Below, piece after piece: positions 13,040-25,411 of a DNA stretch of 64,000 bases (positions are counted from its first letter, which is position 1; every line of letters begins with the position of its first letter). The notes under the pieces were generated by a model. It searched no databases. It had not been told where the DNA came from and saw only the letters and a program-made list of their open reading frames with translations. The position numbers and the translations under genes are program-made. Location: the NCBI RefSeq assembly GCF_018350175.1, contig NC_058368.1, forward strand, positions 189,412,001 to 189,476,000, read 5' to 3'. The stretch is from Felis catus (lineage: Eukaryota).

Positions 13040-13400
13040 GGACCTATTCAGCTGCTGGGAGTTCCAGTGGGAGATGACTTCAGAAGTGTGATATTTAAGA
13101 GCGGGAGGAAGGAACGGCTCCATAAGGATGCCGGGCCTCTATTTATTCCACTCCGTATGCCAGGCTCCAAGCCTTCTCGGCTGATTCCCATTTGTCTTTC
13201 TCCTGTGGAATATTTCAGATTTACAGTGCCATCTGTTGAGGAGCACAGGCCCAGGACGTCACGGTTCAGCCTGCAGCCCTTCTGCCGCCCAAGGCGGGGA
13301 GGCGGCCCCAGAGTGCAGCGGCTGGTGCCAGGCTCGTGACTTCCCTGCCCGCACCAGGCTGAGTGATGGATTAGGGCCCCCGCCAAGCCCCCTCCTCTTA
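13040..13400. promoter_or_regulatory. GC-rich, CpG-retaining promoter/enhancer-like element
   Basis: local CpG cluster; GC-box-like GGCGGGGAGGCGG and CCCCGCC; CRE-like GACGTCA 13255-13261; CTCF-like motif 13224-13239; E-box CAGCTG. Confidence 0.55.
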
Positions 13401-14164
13401 CTTCTGTATCTGCATTGGTGGCCTAGGCTGATTTCTGGTCCTCCTTGTTCATCTGTACCTTACATTCATATTCTCTCTCTCTCTCTCTCTCTCAAATTTT
13501 CCCTCTCTCTCCACATTGTCTCCTGGCTTGGATCTGGGCTCCCTGGGCCTTTGCTCTACTGCACTGTACATTAACTCCTCTCCATTCTGGCATTTTCAGA
13601 AACTGCTTTTGCCAGGGCTCTAGGGGGTGGCTGCTGAACTCTACGACTCTGACTAAGGAATACTGTCACAAAATTGCTAGGTATCAGTCAGACACCAAAG
13701 GGCACAATGCTTCAAACATTTGGATGCTCCTTGGGAGGATTTGGGGTCTATCCATTTGTCCCATTTCACCCAGGAAAGCCTCTTTATTTCCAAAGCAAAA
13801 CTATCTGCCTGGAATTGATGCATAAAAATGTACCCCAGCTCCTTTTGCACTGCAAGCACCAGCGCAATCAACAGGCCACATGCATGCCCTAGAATTTGCA
13901 ATTGAGCCATCTCCAGCTACCCAGACTGGAGAAGTAACAGGCAGAAATGCAGGATTGATGGGCAGGAGCCTGCTCTGTCATTCAAGGTGCATCACGTCCT
14001 GCCTGAACAGCACATTCATCTTTTCAGAGTGACTTTCTTTGTCCATGCGTCTTCTAATAAGATCCCATAATAACCCTGGGAGACACACAGTGGGCCTCAT
14101 CACTCCCACTCTCATCTGGCTGATGAGATTCAAGCAGGATACATGATTTGCCCAAGGTCACATA

Positions 14165-14236
14165 TTTTTTGTTTTTTCTGTTTGTTTTGATTTTGTTTTT
14201 GTTTTTGTTTTTGTTTTTTGTTTTGTTTTGTTTTTT
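14165..14236 (+). repeat. (TTTTG/TTTTTG)n simple repeat
   Basis: direct reading. Confidence 0.9.
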
Positions 14237-14534
14237 GTGGCACATCTTCCAACTCAAAATCCACTGTTCTTCCCTCGGGATCAGATTTGTACTCCTCATT
14301 TTCACTTTTCTTACCCATAAAATAGTCATGCTTACATCGGTACCTCTTGGTACATAACCAAAGCTTGACTTTACAGTATACCTTTGGGGATCTCAGAGCC
14401 TTAACTTAGGAGTATTAGAGTAATTTTAGTAATCTGCACAGAACCAGGTTAGAATCATATGAACATGGACTGGTTCACTTTCTTTTAAACTAAGTCTGCA
14501 AATGCGAGTGCTAAACAGTTTGCTAAAAAACAGT

Positions 14535-14780
14535 AGTAATAATAGTAGTAACAACTAACATTTAATAAGTTTTAACCATATGCCAAGAACTCTTATGCCT
14601 TCCATGAACTTAAATTTCAAAATGACTCTACATGATGGGTAATACTCTCTTTACCATTTTACAGAGAAGAGAACTGAGGCAAAGAAGCCCAGTAGCTTGC
14701 ATAAAATCTCAGTTAGTTTGTAGTTGAGGCAGGATTCGAACTCTTAACCACAGAGGCCATTCTCCTAATCTTTTTCACTA
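14535..14780 (-). mobile_element. MIR SINE
   Basis: CCATTTTACAGAGAAGAGAACTGAGGC..GGCAGGATTCGAACTC. Confidence 0.8.
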
Positions 14781-15244
14781 CAATTTAAATAAGAAGGTCA
14801 ATGGAACAAAGGGAAATTGAGGAATCAGATATTTAAACAACGAAAGAAAAAATATCAAGAACTCTTAAACCAGTCTTCTGTACATGATGCACTATGTATA
14901 AAGAATTATCTGTTCTTTAAAGCAAGCCCTGGAAAATTATATCAGATACTCTCAAGTCAGAGAATATTAAAGAAATTCCATGATAAAATCAGAAAAAAGA
15001 GATTAGGGGATTTTTTTCCCCTAATCAGACTAGTACTACTGAATTACTGTGTTACTTTTCTCTACTTGGATTCCCACCATACTATCAGCCTGCCTGTCAT
15101 CCAGGATGTATTCTATATTTTATAGCAGCTGTGTAATAATAGATAAATCCCATCACACAGTCTGTTTACAGGATACCTCAGTACCCTCTCTATTTGCATG
15201 TCCAAGATTACAATTTTAACACTGCAAATAAAACATCATGGGCT

Positions 15245-15420
15245 TGGAGCACATGGGTGGCTCAATCGTTTAAGAGTCAGACTCTTGCTCTGACTCTTGA
15301 TTTCAGCTCAGGGTGTGATCTCCTGGTTATAAGATTGATCCCCATGGCACTGGGCTCCCGGCTTAGAGTCTGCTTGAGATTCTCTCTCCCTCTATCTCTG
15401 CCCCTCACCTGATTGCATGT

Positions 15421-15455
<35 letters not shown>

Positions 15456-15491
15456 AAAAAAAAAAAAGAAAAGAAAAAGAAAAAGAAAAAA
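15245..15491 (+). mobile_element. Can-SINE (older SINEC) with (GT)n and A-tail
   Basis: GCACATGGGTGGCTCAATCG head; GATTTCAGCTCAGGG; CT-rich linker; A-tail; ATCATG duplicated at both flanks. Confidence 0.9.
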
Positions 15492-16537
15492 ATCATGCGC
15501 TAAAAAAGCCATGAGATGTGATTAAAAGCCAATGGGCCAAAAAAGGCAAATATAGCAAAACAAGTTGCTCACTTCCATGAAAACAAATAAAATGTTAAAA
15601 TGTAACAAAGTCAGCAATTTCTTTTAGTGGCAGCAGAGATCACCTTTCCTACAACAGACCCAACTACGTGAAAGCCTAACTCTGAGCCATACAGCTATGT
15701 CTGAAAACAGTGGAGCCACGGTGTGGGAAGAGATTAAAAGGGCAGCCAACCATAGCTCTATAGAAAATCTTCAAAATTCCTAACAATTCACCAAAAAATG
15801 CAAATAAACTAATCATCAGCCTAGTCCTAAATTTATCTCCAAACATATACTTTATACATTTTTGCTGAGATGTGAATTAATATCTTCTTTTTTGTCCTTA
15901 ATAGAGAGTAATGAACACTTAACTCAAGATAATGTCTATGAAAATACTGGGGGAAACCATTGAAAAGGTTTGCAATATCATGTTCAGATCTTTGCAAAAT
16001 TTCCATTTTATTTCCACATTTGCCTCTCTTTAAAGTGAAAACAGTTAATCCAGAGAAAAGCAGATACAGTTTATGTGAGATTACCTTTCTTTAACCTATT
16101 CAACTTTTTATACTAAATCTCTTTGGGGAAAGGAATGATGCTAAGGATAGAGGGCTCATTGGGTTATTTAGAGTGATTCCAAGGTAGGGAAGATAAAGTA
16201 TCCTTCTAGAGTGGATAAAGAAAATGGTGCCAATCAATTCCAAACACAACATGAATTTGTGGCCCCACCCATGAGGCCCAAGTTCCCAATTATAAAGAAA
16301 AAGAGGATTGGAGAGACTTGTTAAGCAAGGTGACTCAAAATCCAGCTTTGATGACTTAAGCATAAGTGCATCAGCAAGCTGTGGATTAAATTTCCTTTAA
16401 CATCCATTAGGTTTAGGAATACTAGAAAAAGGAGATTAAGGGGGAAAAATGTGCTTTCCATTTCCTTCTCCCAATGCTCGAGTAAAAAGTGCCTGAAGAC
16501 ATTAAAAATCAAAACACACAACCAAAAATTTACAAAC

Positions 16538-16564
16538 CTCAAACAGATTTTGTTCTTAAAATAT
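16538..16564 (-). other. candidate 27-nt microexon
   Basis: about 80-nt AG-free pyrimidine tract ending TGCTTTCAG; donor GAG|GTTTGT; open only in phase 2 (YFKNKICL). Confidence 0.35.
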
Positions 16565-17719
16565 CTGAAAGCAAAGACAGAAGCATAAGAGAAAGAGAGA
16601 GAGAGGAAGAGAGAAGGAAAGACAGAAAGAGAGAATAGGAAAAAAACTTAGAGCTTCATTGAAATCCTACCTTGCATTGTGAAAGCAAAAGAATTCTGAC
16701 ACAGTATAATGTTTTTCTCTGTCATCACCACAAATCTATATTTCAAGCTCGGAACCAGCATATTGTTTCCATTGAGTGGGATTAGCAAAATTTGTTTCCA
16801 GGAAAACTTTAAAACTAGCCCCAAGTTTAAGTCTCCATCAGTTAGGTCATAAAGAGAAGCAATCACTCCCAAACTTTGATGGCTGTTCATAGTGTCATTT
16901 GCTGCTTCACATCTGTTTAACTCGGAAGTGACGTCCCCAATTGAGTGTGTTTTCAGCAAGTTCCCCATGAAATGACTTCAGTTTTATGTATAGATCATTG
17001 TGTACATTTCACGAATTCATAGAGAGCTAAAATAAATAGACACTTTCAAGCTTCACAGTTTCCAATCTGATATTTTTCCAAATACAGGAGAAAAAGAAAT
17101 GGGCAGGGGGGAGAAGAGAGAAATGATTGAACATTGTGCCTTTGAAGAAAATACGGCAAAAAGTAGAAAGGATTATTTTGAAGCTGTAAAAGTTCTGGAC
17201 AGATTCCCTTTACAGGTCATTATAGCATAAAGTATTATTGTTCTTTTTACAGAGACTGGCTCATTTTACTCTCTCCTATAGATGGTTCAGCTGTTCTGTT
17301 CCAGAAGTCCCCAGTTTCACTGCTTCCTTGGCCAGCCAGGGCAGATGCTATAATTCTTCGTTGCTTTCCTATACACAAAGGTAGGACTGTCAGCCTTTCA
17401 CCAACAGACAGGAGGGTTGTCTTCACTCACGGGTTTTATCATTTCTGCACAACAGTGAATTGATTCTTACCCCACTCCAGAGCTGAGTCTGGTGTGGTGG
17501 GAATTCCAGGTCAGAGGTAAAAGCAAATGTTTCTGGAGACGCTGGAGAAGGGAGGGGGAGTTTAATCTCAATCCTCCTGATTTAGAGTCCTGGGGTAAAT
17601 GCCACTGTAACAAGGCTCCAAACCAACAACAGGATGACATAAGCTCTTCCATTTCTAACCCAGTTACCCACCAGAACCCAAAGCATCCTGAAGCTCATGA
17701 TGTATAAATTTAATTTCTC

Positions 17720-17817
17720 TTTTATGGCCAGAGCAGTATTTTCCATGATTTATAAATCATTTGGCCGGTGATTTCTTTGAAATCTTTGCCTCATTTATGC
17801 TCTTGACCTCTTGACCT
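17720..17817. promoter_or_regulatory. candidate enhancer: DR2 nuclear-receptor element with PBX-HOX palindrome and CDX/HOX site
   Basis: TGACCT-CT-TGACCT 17804-17817; ATGATTTATAAATCAT 17745-17760; TTTTATGGCC 17720-17729. Confidence 0.5.
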
Positions 17818-20800
17818 CCTGATACATTTATTTATGCCAGAGATCTCTCTGCAGTGGTGCAGTTTAATGTCATTTGCCTGAGACTGGGTGGCTGAGAGGC
17901 AAAGAAACAAAGACAAACGTTTACAGAGGTTTGTGATGCAAAAATGTGTGTTTAAAAAAAAAGGATAAACAAAAGAAATTGTGAACACTTAAAACGTATT
18001 ATTCCTGCACTATTGATTTATTTCAGGAACGCTTTATTTATTGAATACTTTATGGGTATCTGATTATATGGCAGTTGATGGGGCAATGAGAGAACACTGA
18101 TCCTCACAGCAAAAATATTTGCTGTAAATGTCATGACATGCCTTGTCTATAATATGATTCTTTCCAGATGGTTATTTTTCAAGTTTCAGAAATGGAAAAA
18201 TATGCCTTAAGACAAGCGTACATAAAAATAATGCCTTTCTTCTTTGTCTCTTTCTGATTTTCATTTATTAATCTTTGCTGTTCACTACGGAGCAATGTGC
18301 TAAAGAAATCTGGTCAGAATGACATCTGATTAATTGGGCAGGGCACTTCCTACATAGCTCTTTGCTGATAACCCAGCTGTCCAAGAACCATTTCATTATG
18401 AGATGCAGAGGCAGGCGACAGTCACAAAACCACTGGGAAGCTGGGTCTGCTCTAACAGATTGGCACAATTTGTATCACTGGTGCTCAGAACCTATAGGGC
18501 TTGCATAGCCCAGAGCCAAGGACAGGCTCTGCCTCTCGGGACAACCTGTATTTCTCTATGCCATTTACTCATTATTGAAACGCTGTGAAGAAAATGGCTC
18601 CTCCTCAACACCCCCCACTCTGGCTTTATATATATACTAAGACGCATACCCACACACACATACACACACATAGCCAGATACTGTTTTACAGACATATTCT
18701 AGAGATAAAATATAATATTCTGGTAGCTGTCACAGCTAAAGTGAACAATGCACTAATGTTGAGCAACTGATTTTCAATGTTTTGGAAAGCTAAGTGTTTT
18801 AGCAGCCATGGCTGCTCCGTTTTCTCAAGAAAGTATGTCATTTGCACATTCAATTACATGAATTCAACCACTGTATATGATCTTGGTGGGAAAAATAATG
18901 ATAGGGAAAGATATAAGAATCACATACACAGTGTGTGTGATTTTTGCCCTCCATTCCTCTCCAAAGACAAGTAACACAGTGACGGTGAATCAGGCAACCT
19001 GAATCGGCGGTTCTCCCTATCTCTGGTTTTGGTTTCCTCGTGCCTCTCACATTGTGAGCCTTTTGCTGCACTGAACCTGGTTCAAGGATAAAGCTGACGA
19101 CATCATTTTCTCCCCATATATGCTGATGCTACACCTGAGTGCTTTAAAATTGGGCTAATTGCAACCCATGTCAAGCTAGGATTCCTGTGTGAACAGGCAG
19201 AATGAAAGGTACTGAAAAACATCAAGTAAACCAGAGAGTAAAAAGTCCAAAGGCAAAACAGAGGCACCAAGTAAGAATCAAGTTCCAGCAATCAGAAACA
19301 CAAAGGTCAAAGTCAGGAGAAGGTGACAAAATGTTAGCACCAGTTATTTCAGAATAGTAGCTATTTTCTTCTTCATGTATTTCTCCATTTTACAACTTGT
19401 CTGCAATAAGCATGGGTTGGTTTATGATGAGAAGAAAAGACACTGACGATGAAAATGAAAGTGGATAAAAGGACATTGAGATTGGAATAACACAGCCTGG
19501 ACCTGGAAAGTACAGGGTTGGGAAGCCACAGAATAGGCGCTGAAAAATCTAGGTTCATTTTTCTATTTTCCTTTTCTTTTCCTTTTTAAAAAAAATTTAC
19601 CAACTCTTCCCTTTTTATTGTTCACAAAGGAGTTTGCCTGGCCCAGGTTTCTAAGCCTTACCGGCTTGACTGCTAAATTTTAGGAGGCCCTCTTTTCAAG
19701 GTTCCCTTCCCTTTTGTATCTAGGAGAAATAGGAGTGGAGGAGGGGCCCTGTTGGGGAGAAGAGGTGTCAATTACCTGACTTTCCCTGCAGCCTGCCTCT
19801 CCCACAGTTCCAGGAACTTAGGTCTCTACTTCATCACAGTGGTTTCAGAGGGAGAGCTGCTGTGAGTCTTCCCTCTTCAGTCTGGAACTCTCAAAGCCGA
19901 CTTCCTTATTATAGTCCAGTTCCCACATCCATGTCTCCCAAGGAGAAAAGAAGTGGCTCCTCATTCCAGACCATAATCTCCATTCCTAATAGATCCACTC
20001 TTTACCGGGGTGACTGACAGAGGCTATATCATTGCCACCCAGAGCAAACCCTACTCTCACCCACAAGAATGTGGCCCCACACTGTGGTCCCAACATGAAA
20101 TTAATATAAGAGAACAATAATCCAGAATCAGAGCACTTCTCAAAGTCTGGATTACCAGATCTCAAACAGATCATCAAAAGTCCAGTCCAGCCCCTCACCC
20201 CAGCCCAGTCTGGTCCTCCCAGAATGAAATGGGAGATCGTGTTAGCTTATCCTTCCCTGGGAGGCAGCAGCTTCAGTAGTAATCTCCAAGCCACCCCAGA
20301 TACTGGTAACCGTATTTAAGGCACCGTGCAGTCTAAACCACCTAGATAAAAGAAACATGAGGAACTCTGGCTCATACATGGGCAACAAATGTACATGACC
20401 ATACAGGGCATTCGGTTTCTCAGTCAAGAGCATCTCTATGATTTTACACCGCCCCCACCCCAAAAAGAAGAGTTAGTTTTGCTTTACATTTGGGTTACAT
20501 AGAGACAATTCAGTGCTTTTCCTAGAACAAAAAGCCAGTCTGAATCAGACAAGTTCAGAAAGCTGACTTTCTCATAAGGCAGAAAATCTTTGCAGCTCTT
20601 AAATGACAGGATTTTTTTTTCATCTTTTACTCATAAATGTTTCAAAATCTTCAGACACATTTTTAGTTAGGTCATCCTGCTACACTCATATAATTTTTAC
20701 ATGGCTATGATCCTATTTCAGATAAAATATTGCATTTGACCTTTCTTAATACGATGCATACATATTTTCATGTCTCATCTATGTTGTTTAGAATTAAAAT

Positions 20801-21489
20801 GGTGATGTGAGTGTTATAATAATAGTGATATTAATAGTGAAGAAAGCAGAGTCTCCAAGCGGAAAGGGTGGAAGTCAGTACAACCTTAAGCAAACTCTGT
20901 AAGTATATCATTTATTTTTCAGGGCTAGTCTCCTCCCTTCTGAAACCTCCATGTGAATAGGAGTGTACATCTCCAGCATTTGGTGCAATGCTGACAGCAA
21001 AATAATCTTTGCTGTATTCAATAAGTCTTTGTTGGATAAATGAACAACTGAATAAAGAAGTGAATGGGATACTGTGCCCCTCTGCAATGGCTACTCCGAC
21101 TTGTCTTACTATAGTGTCTCATGCCTTATACCCATCTAAGCACTTCTTGTCATCAATATAGCCCCGTTTTGTGTTCTCTGCAATTTTAAATTATTCCCTA
21201 ATAAAAGCAAATTTTACAACCTCATCATTTTAGGAAATATACTGGATCTCTAAGGAGGGCCTTCACCAAAGAGACCAATGCTTTTTGAAGAATCAGTGGC
21301 TTGCTTGACCTGGGAAATTGTGGCTAGCAACATATTAGCGTCAAAGTTGTTCCAGGTCTGTGTTGTTCATTTTCTGTTCTCCACGCTCTTGCTCAATATT
21401 CTCCTGGTTCCTCAGAAGATATGTTCTCTCAAAATAATGAAGAGGGGCATGAAAGGCCTCAGTGAAAGTACAAAAAGAGTGTGGTATAA

Positions 21490-21670
21490 AAACACAGTGG
21501 TTAGTTAGAGACACAGACTTTGGAGCCCAGAGAGGACCTTGATTCAGTTTCTAGAGAATGAGTCCCACTGTCTTCATTTGTAAAATAGGAATAAATAATA
21601 TGCTATGTGCAAAGTGCAAGTACTCCCTGGCATGTACAAACAACCAATACATATTAGTTCTTCTTTTTTT
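21490..21670 (+). mobile_element. MIR SINE
   Basis: GACACAGACTTTGGAGCCCAGA..CTTCATTTGTAAAATAGGAATAAATAATA. Confidence 0.7.
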
Positions 21671-23884
21671 TAATAATAATGTAGGCCAAGCAGCAAATAA
21701 GAGGTGATTGTTTTCAAGTACTTCACTAAAATAGTGAAGAAGTTATTTGGGGGGCAGGGACGGCTTTTGCTACAGCTCAAACCATACAATTTACATCATG
21801 GATATCAAATATACCATATCTTGCCACAATTTCCTCCTCCCATGCCTGTGACAGGTATCATTAATCAAACCCAGACTTGGCCTCAGTCATCTTCTCAAAG
21901 CTGACTCGACCAATCAGTATGGTCACAAGAAAGGAAATCTTTTGCCATTCCATATTTATCTGGTTCCCTCCTTTGACTGTGCTAATTTAGCGCAGGGAAG
22001 AACACTCTTTCATCAGACAATTGTATTAAAAAATTTTTTTTTAAATAAGGAAGACATTACGCTCAACTACTCAGTTGAAAGCTTCCATTCACTTCATGTT
22101 ATAAAGTTACTGAGTGCCAATACTGAGAGCTAACAAACTCATGTTTTTGTCCCCAATGCAGAGCATCAATCCCTTACAATGAGGAGATCTTCAATGAATA
22201 GCTGTTGGATTTCATGCTGTTTCAAACCCCAAAGCTGGAGTGTATAAATTCACCCATGTTCAAACTTAACTCCCTTTGTTTTCCTTTCTCTTCACTACTT
22301 CTCTAAACATTCTCTTTGATTGTCATTCACTAATTTCCCAAATGAAGACTAAGTTTCAGGAACGGTGTATATTTTCAGGCTGGACAATGCCTTTTTGAAG
22401 AGCAACCTGACATTTTATTAGACCATTCTCTGTCCCAAAATGGGGAGCAAGTGAAATAATATGCCAATTCATTCTTTAACAATAACACCAGTGAAATAGC
22501 TCAAATTACAGAAGAGTGTTTTAAGGGACTTTTTTTTTTATTGATATAACTCTTTTGAGGTCACAACTCAAGGTCTTTTCTTTAGGTTATAAAGGAATCA
22601 TTTAGCTGAGCTTGTGTCAATTTTATGCCAAATGAATACATGGTCCTAAGGCACGGTGGCAAGGGACAAGATGATAAACACAGCTTCCAGAATTCTCTTT
22701 AAGAACTTCCATCTTACCTCTGCATCCTGGCATGCCAAGGCATGTGCTGGTACATCACAGCTGTGTTTATACAAGAAAAGTGAACTGGAGAGTTATGTAT
22801 CCAAGCAGTAAAACCATTCCAATCTGGCTAATTGGGGTTCCTAACTTATCTTTCCTCACTAATATTTATTTTGGGGGAGGCTGAACACTTTTGAAAACTG
22901 CTGTAATTATATTATCCCTATAAACACAGCTGAGGCGACCTGTTTTGACCATGCCTCAAGACTAATCAGTTATTTTCTCTCTTCTCACCTCGGTTTCTTT
23001 CATTGGGTAAGAAGATATAAAGTAGTTTCAGATTCCCAAAGTGATAGAAAAGTTCCATCCTTCCTCCTCAAGTACTTGTGCATTCCTAAGCAGCAGGTAA
23101 CGGACATCTGGGAAGAGTGCAGGTCTTGGGACAGTGTTTCTTACTTGGAGTTTTGCATATTCTCTTTTTGCAGCAAAAGGAAAAAACAATTTTTTTAATG
23201 CATAAACATTTCCAGACAATGCTTTAAGCCTATCTGCTACATCCTGCCATCACTTGTAAGTGAACCATGGAACATGCATTCTGAATGTAAAATTGCAGAG
23301 GAACCATGCTGGCTTTGATGTATGCAGTCCTATGCCTTAGCAACCCCATATAACAGGCCAACAAATTATGTTCCCTCTCCCCCTCTGTGCCTTGCACAGT
23401 CCCAGGAGGATTGCACCGTCGTCAGCTCAAAACCCCCAGAGTGGCTAGCTGGGACGTAAGGGGAATGGCATAGCAAGGAATAGCAAGAATATTGATCGTA
23501 GGGCCACCTCTCTACTTAAGGAAACACGAGGGTTGTGATTCTGAGGAGCTTATAGCACCAATTTCCCAAATCAGCCTGATGTACTTGCTTTTCTACCTGA
23601 CGTCCCCTGAGAGACTCCCAAAGACTTTGTCTTCTGTGCAAGAGAAACCAGTGTTCTAACTGCACAAGGTCAGTTTTCCATTTTGACTTCTGAGTTTGGG
23701 TGACACATACCAAGACTTAGTGTTTCAAATTGCTGTTCCCAAGGCCCAGGCAGGACACGTTTGAGCGAAGGGGCAGAACCAGTTCCACCTAGTGTGGGTC
23801 TTTACTTTGTCTACATGTTTCACTACAGGAAGACCACCGCCTTCCGGCCCGAAAGAAAAATGAGATGATTATAATCTAGGACAA

Positions 23885-24140
23885 GCAATATGGCACAGAG
23901 GTTAACATTACAGTCTCTGGAGTCCAAGACTGGCATGTTACAGTGCCAGGTGTTCTAGTTACTAGCACATTTCTTAAATCCTCTGCTCTCCACTGTTCTT
24001 ACATGTTATGTAAGGATAATAATAGTACCTGCTTAAAATTGGGTTCTTGAGAACTGAATAATATAATTCATGTAAAATGCTTCTATGACCATCTAGTAAA
24101 TAGTAAGTGCTCAAAAATGCTGGCTGATAACTAATCATCA
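23885..24140 (+). mobile_element. MIR SINE
   Basis: CTCTGGAGTCCAAGACTGG..GGATAATAATAGTACCT..TAGTAAGTGCTCAAAAATG. Confidence 0.8.
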
Positions 24141-25176
24141 TTGAGTGTATTGAGCAAGAGTATAAAAGTTATCTAATGATATCAATCATGAGCTTAGTTT
24201 TGCTAAACTGGATAATTAAACTGCTGAAGAGAAATGAGGCTTATTTGGCCTGAAATTATATAATATTATGGCCAAGGAATGTTGAAATACCCTAATCTTA
24301 CCCCAAACTACAGGTGTCCTCTCAAATGCCTCATCCATGGGATTTATATGCTCAAGAGATAATGGCAGATGGAAATCGAAGTAACGCTATCAGTAGAGAC
24401 TTTGGCTCCAAACATCAGTGCAGAGAATTCAAGTGGACTGGACTGGACCATGTGGAACACTGCTTTTGTCTAGTTAGACAATCAATCCATCACACCTGCC
24501 AGCTCCAAAATGAATAGACCCAGACATCCACAGTCTACAAAAGACAGCATGCTTGCTTGCAATGCCCAAAATTAAGCTGGCCTGGGCTGTGGTCAGTGAA
24601 GTCGCTCGCAGACTTGTTACATGAGAGAAGAAACTGCAGAGATGACTCATCTTGTTTCCGAGGAAAAGATCCTGGCCATGCCACTACTTTGGCTGCATGG
24701 AAGGAAGAAGCAAAAAAGAGGAAAGGCAAGAGGAAATAAATAAACACAGAGACAGAGAAAGGAGTAGGTACAGACACCTTTTGAGAGTAGCCTTATGACT
24801 CCAGTGAAGATAATTACCTGGAAAGGTAGAGAAAGAGAATCCCCAACTAGTGAGTGACCTGTGCCTACATCACTATGTACATAGTGACTCCACATTAACA
24901 CTCTTGGTACAATCATTATGCTTAATTTTCACCAAGCCTCACTGGAGGGAAAATAAATAAATAGGCCTGAACATATTGAACAAAATCAGGGGGATTTACT
25001 GAAGCGTCCCCATGGAATAGAAGCCAAAAACTCAGTGTGATTCCACTTGTTCTGACAAGCATTTTCTTATTACTATCCCAATATCTTCAACTCAAGGCCA
25101 TTTCTACCATTCCTATAGAACAGAATTGTGACTTTTAAAATATTCACGCTATTTTATCAAGCCATACACACCACAT

Positions 25177-25410
25177 CAGGGTTTCTCGACTTTGGCACTA
25201 TTGATATTTTGTGCTAGATATTTCTTTTTGTCTGTCCTGTGGACTGTCCTGTCCATTGTAGGATGTTCAGCAGCATCCCTGGACTCTACCCACTGCATGC
25301 CAATAGCACAACCCCCACCCCCCAGCCCCAGTTGGGACAATCAAAGATATCTCCAGACACTGTCAAATGTTTCCTCAGAGGCAAAGTTGACCCCTGGTTG
25401 GGAATCACTG
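25177..25410 (-). mobile_element. MER20 (hAT-Charlie DNA transposon)
   Basis: termini CAGGGTTTCTC..GGAATCACTG; internal TGTAGGATGTTCAGCAGCATCCCTGG..CTCTACCCACT. Confidence 0.9.
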
Positions 25411-25411
25411 C

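Noticed and set aside
13118..13148. Apparent CArG and MEF2 muscle sites
   Set aside because: CCATAAGG has only four A/T and CTATTTATTC misses the MEF2 3' end
16950..16968. MGNLLK N-terminus resembling CYRI/FAM49 proteins
   Set aside because: Similarity ends after six residues
19424..19543. ATGATGA..CTGA..CTGA box C/D snoRNA-like layout
   Set aside because: Short motifs expected by chance, weak terminal stem, and no rRNA/snRNA guide that I recognise
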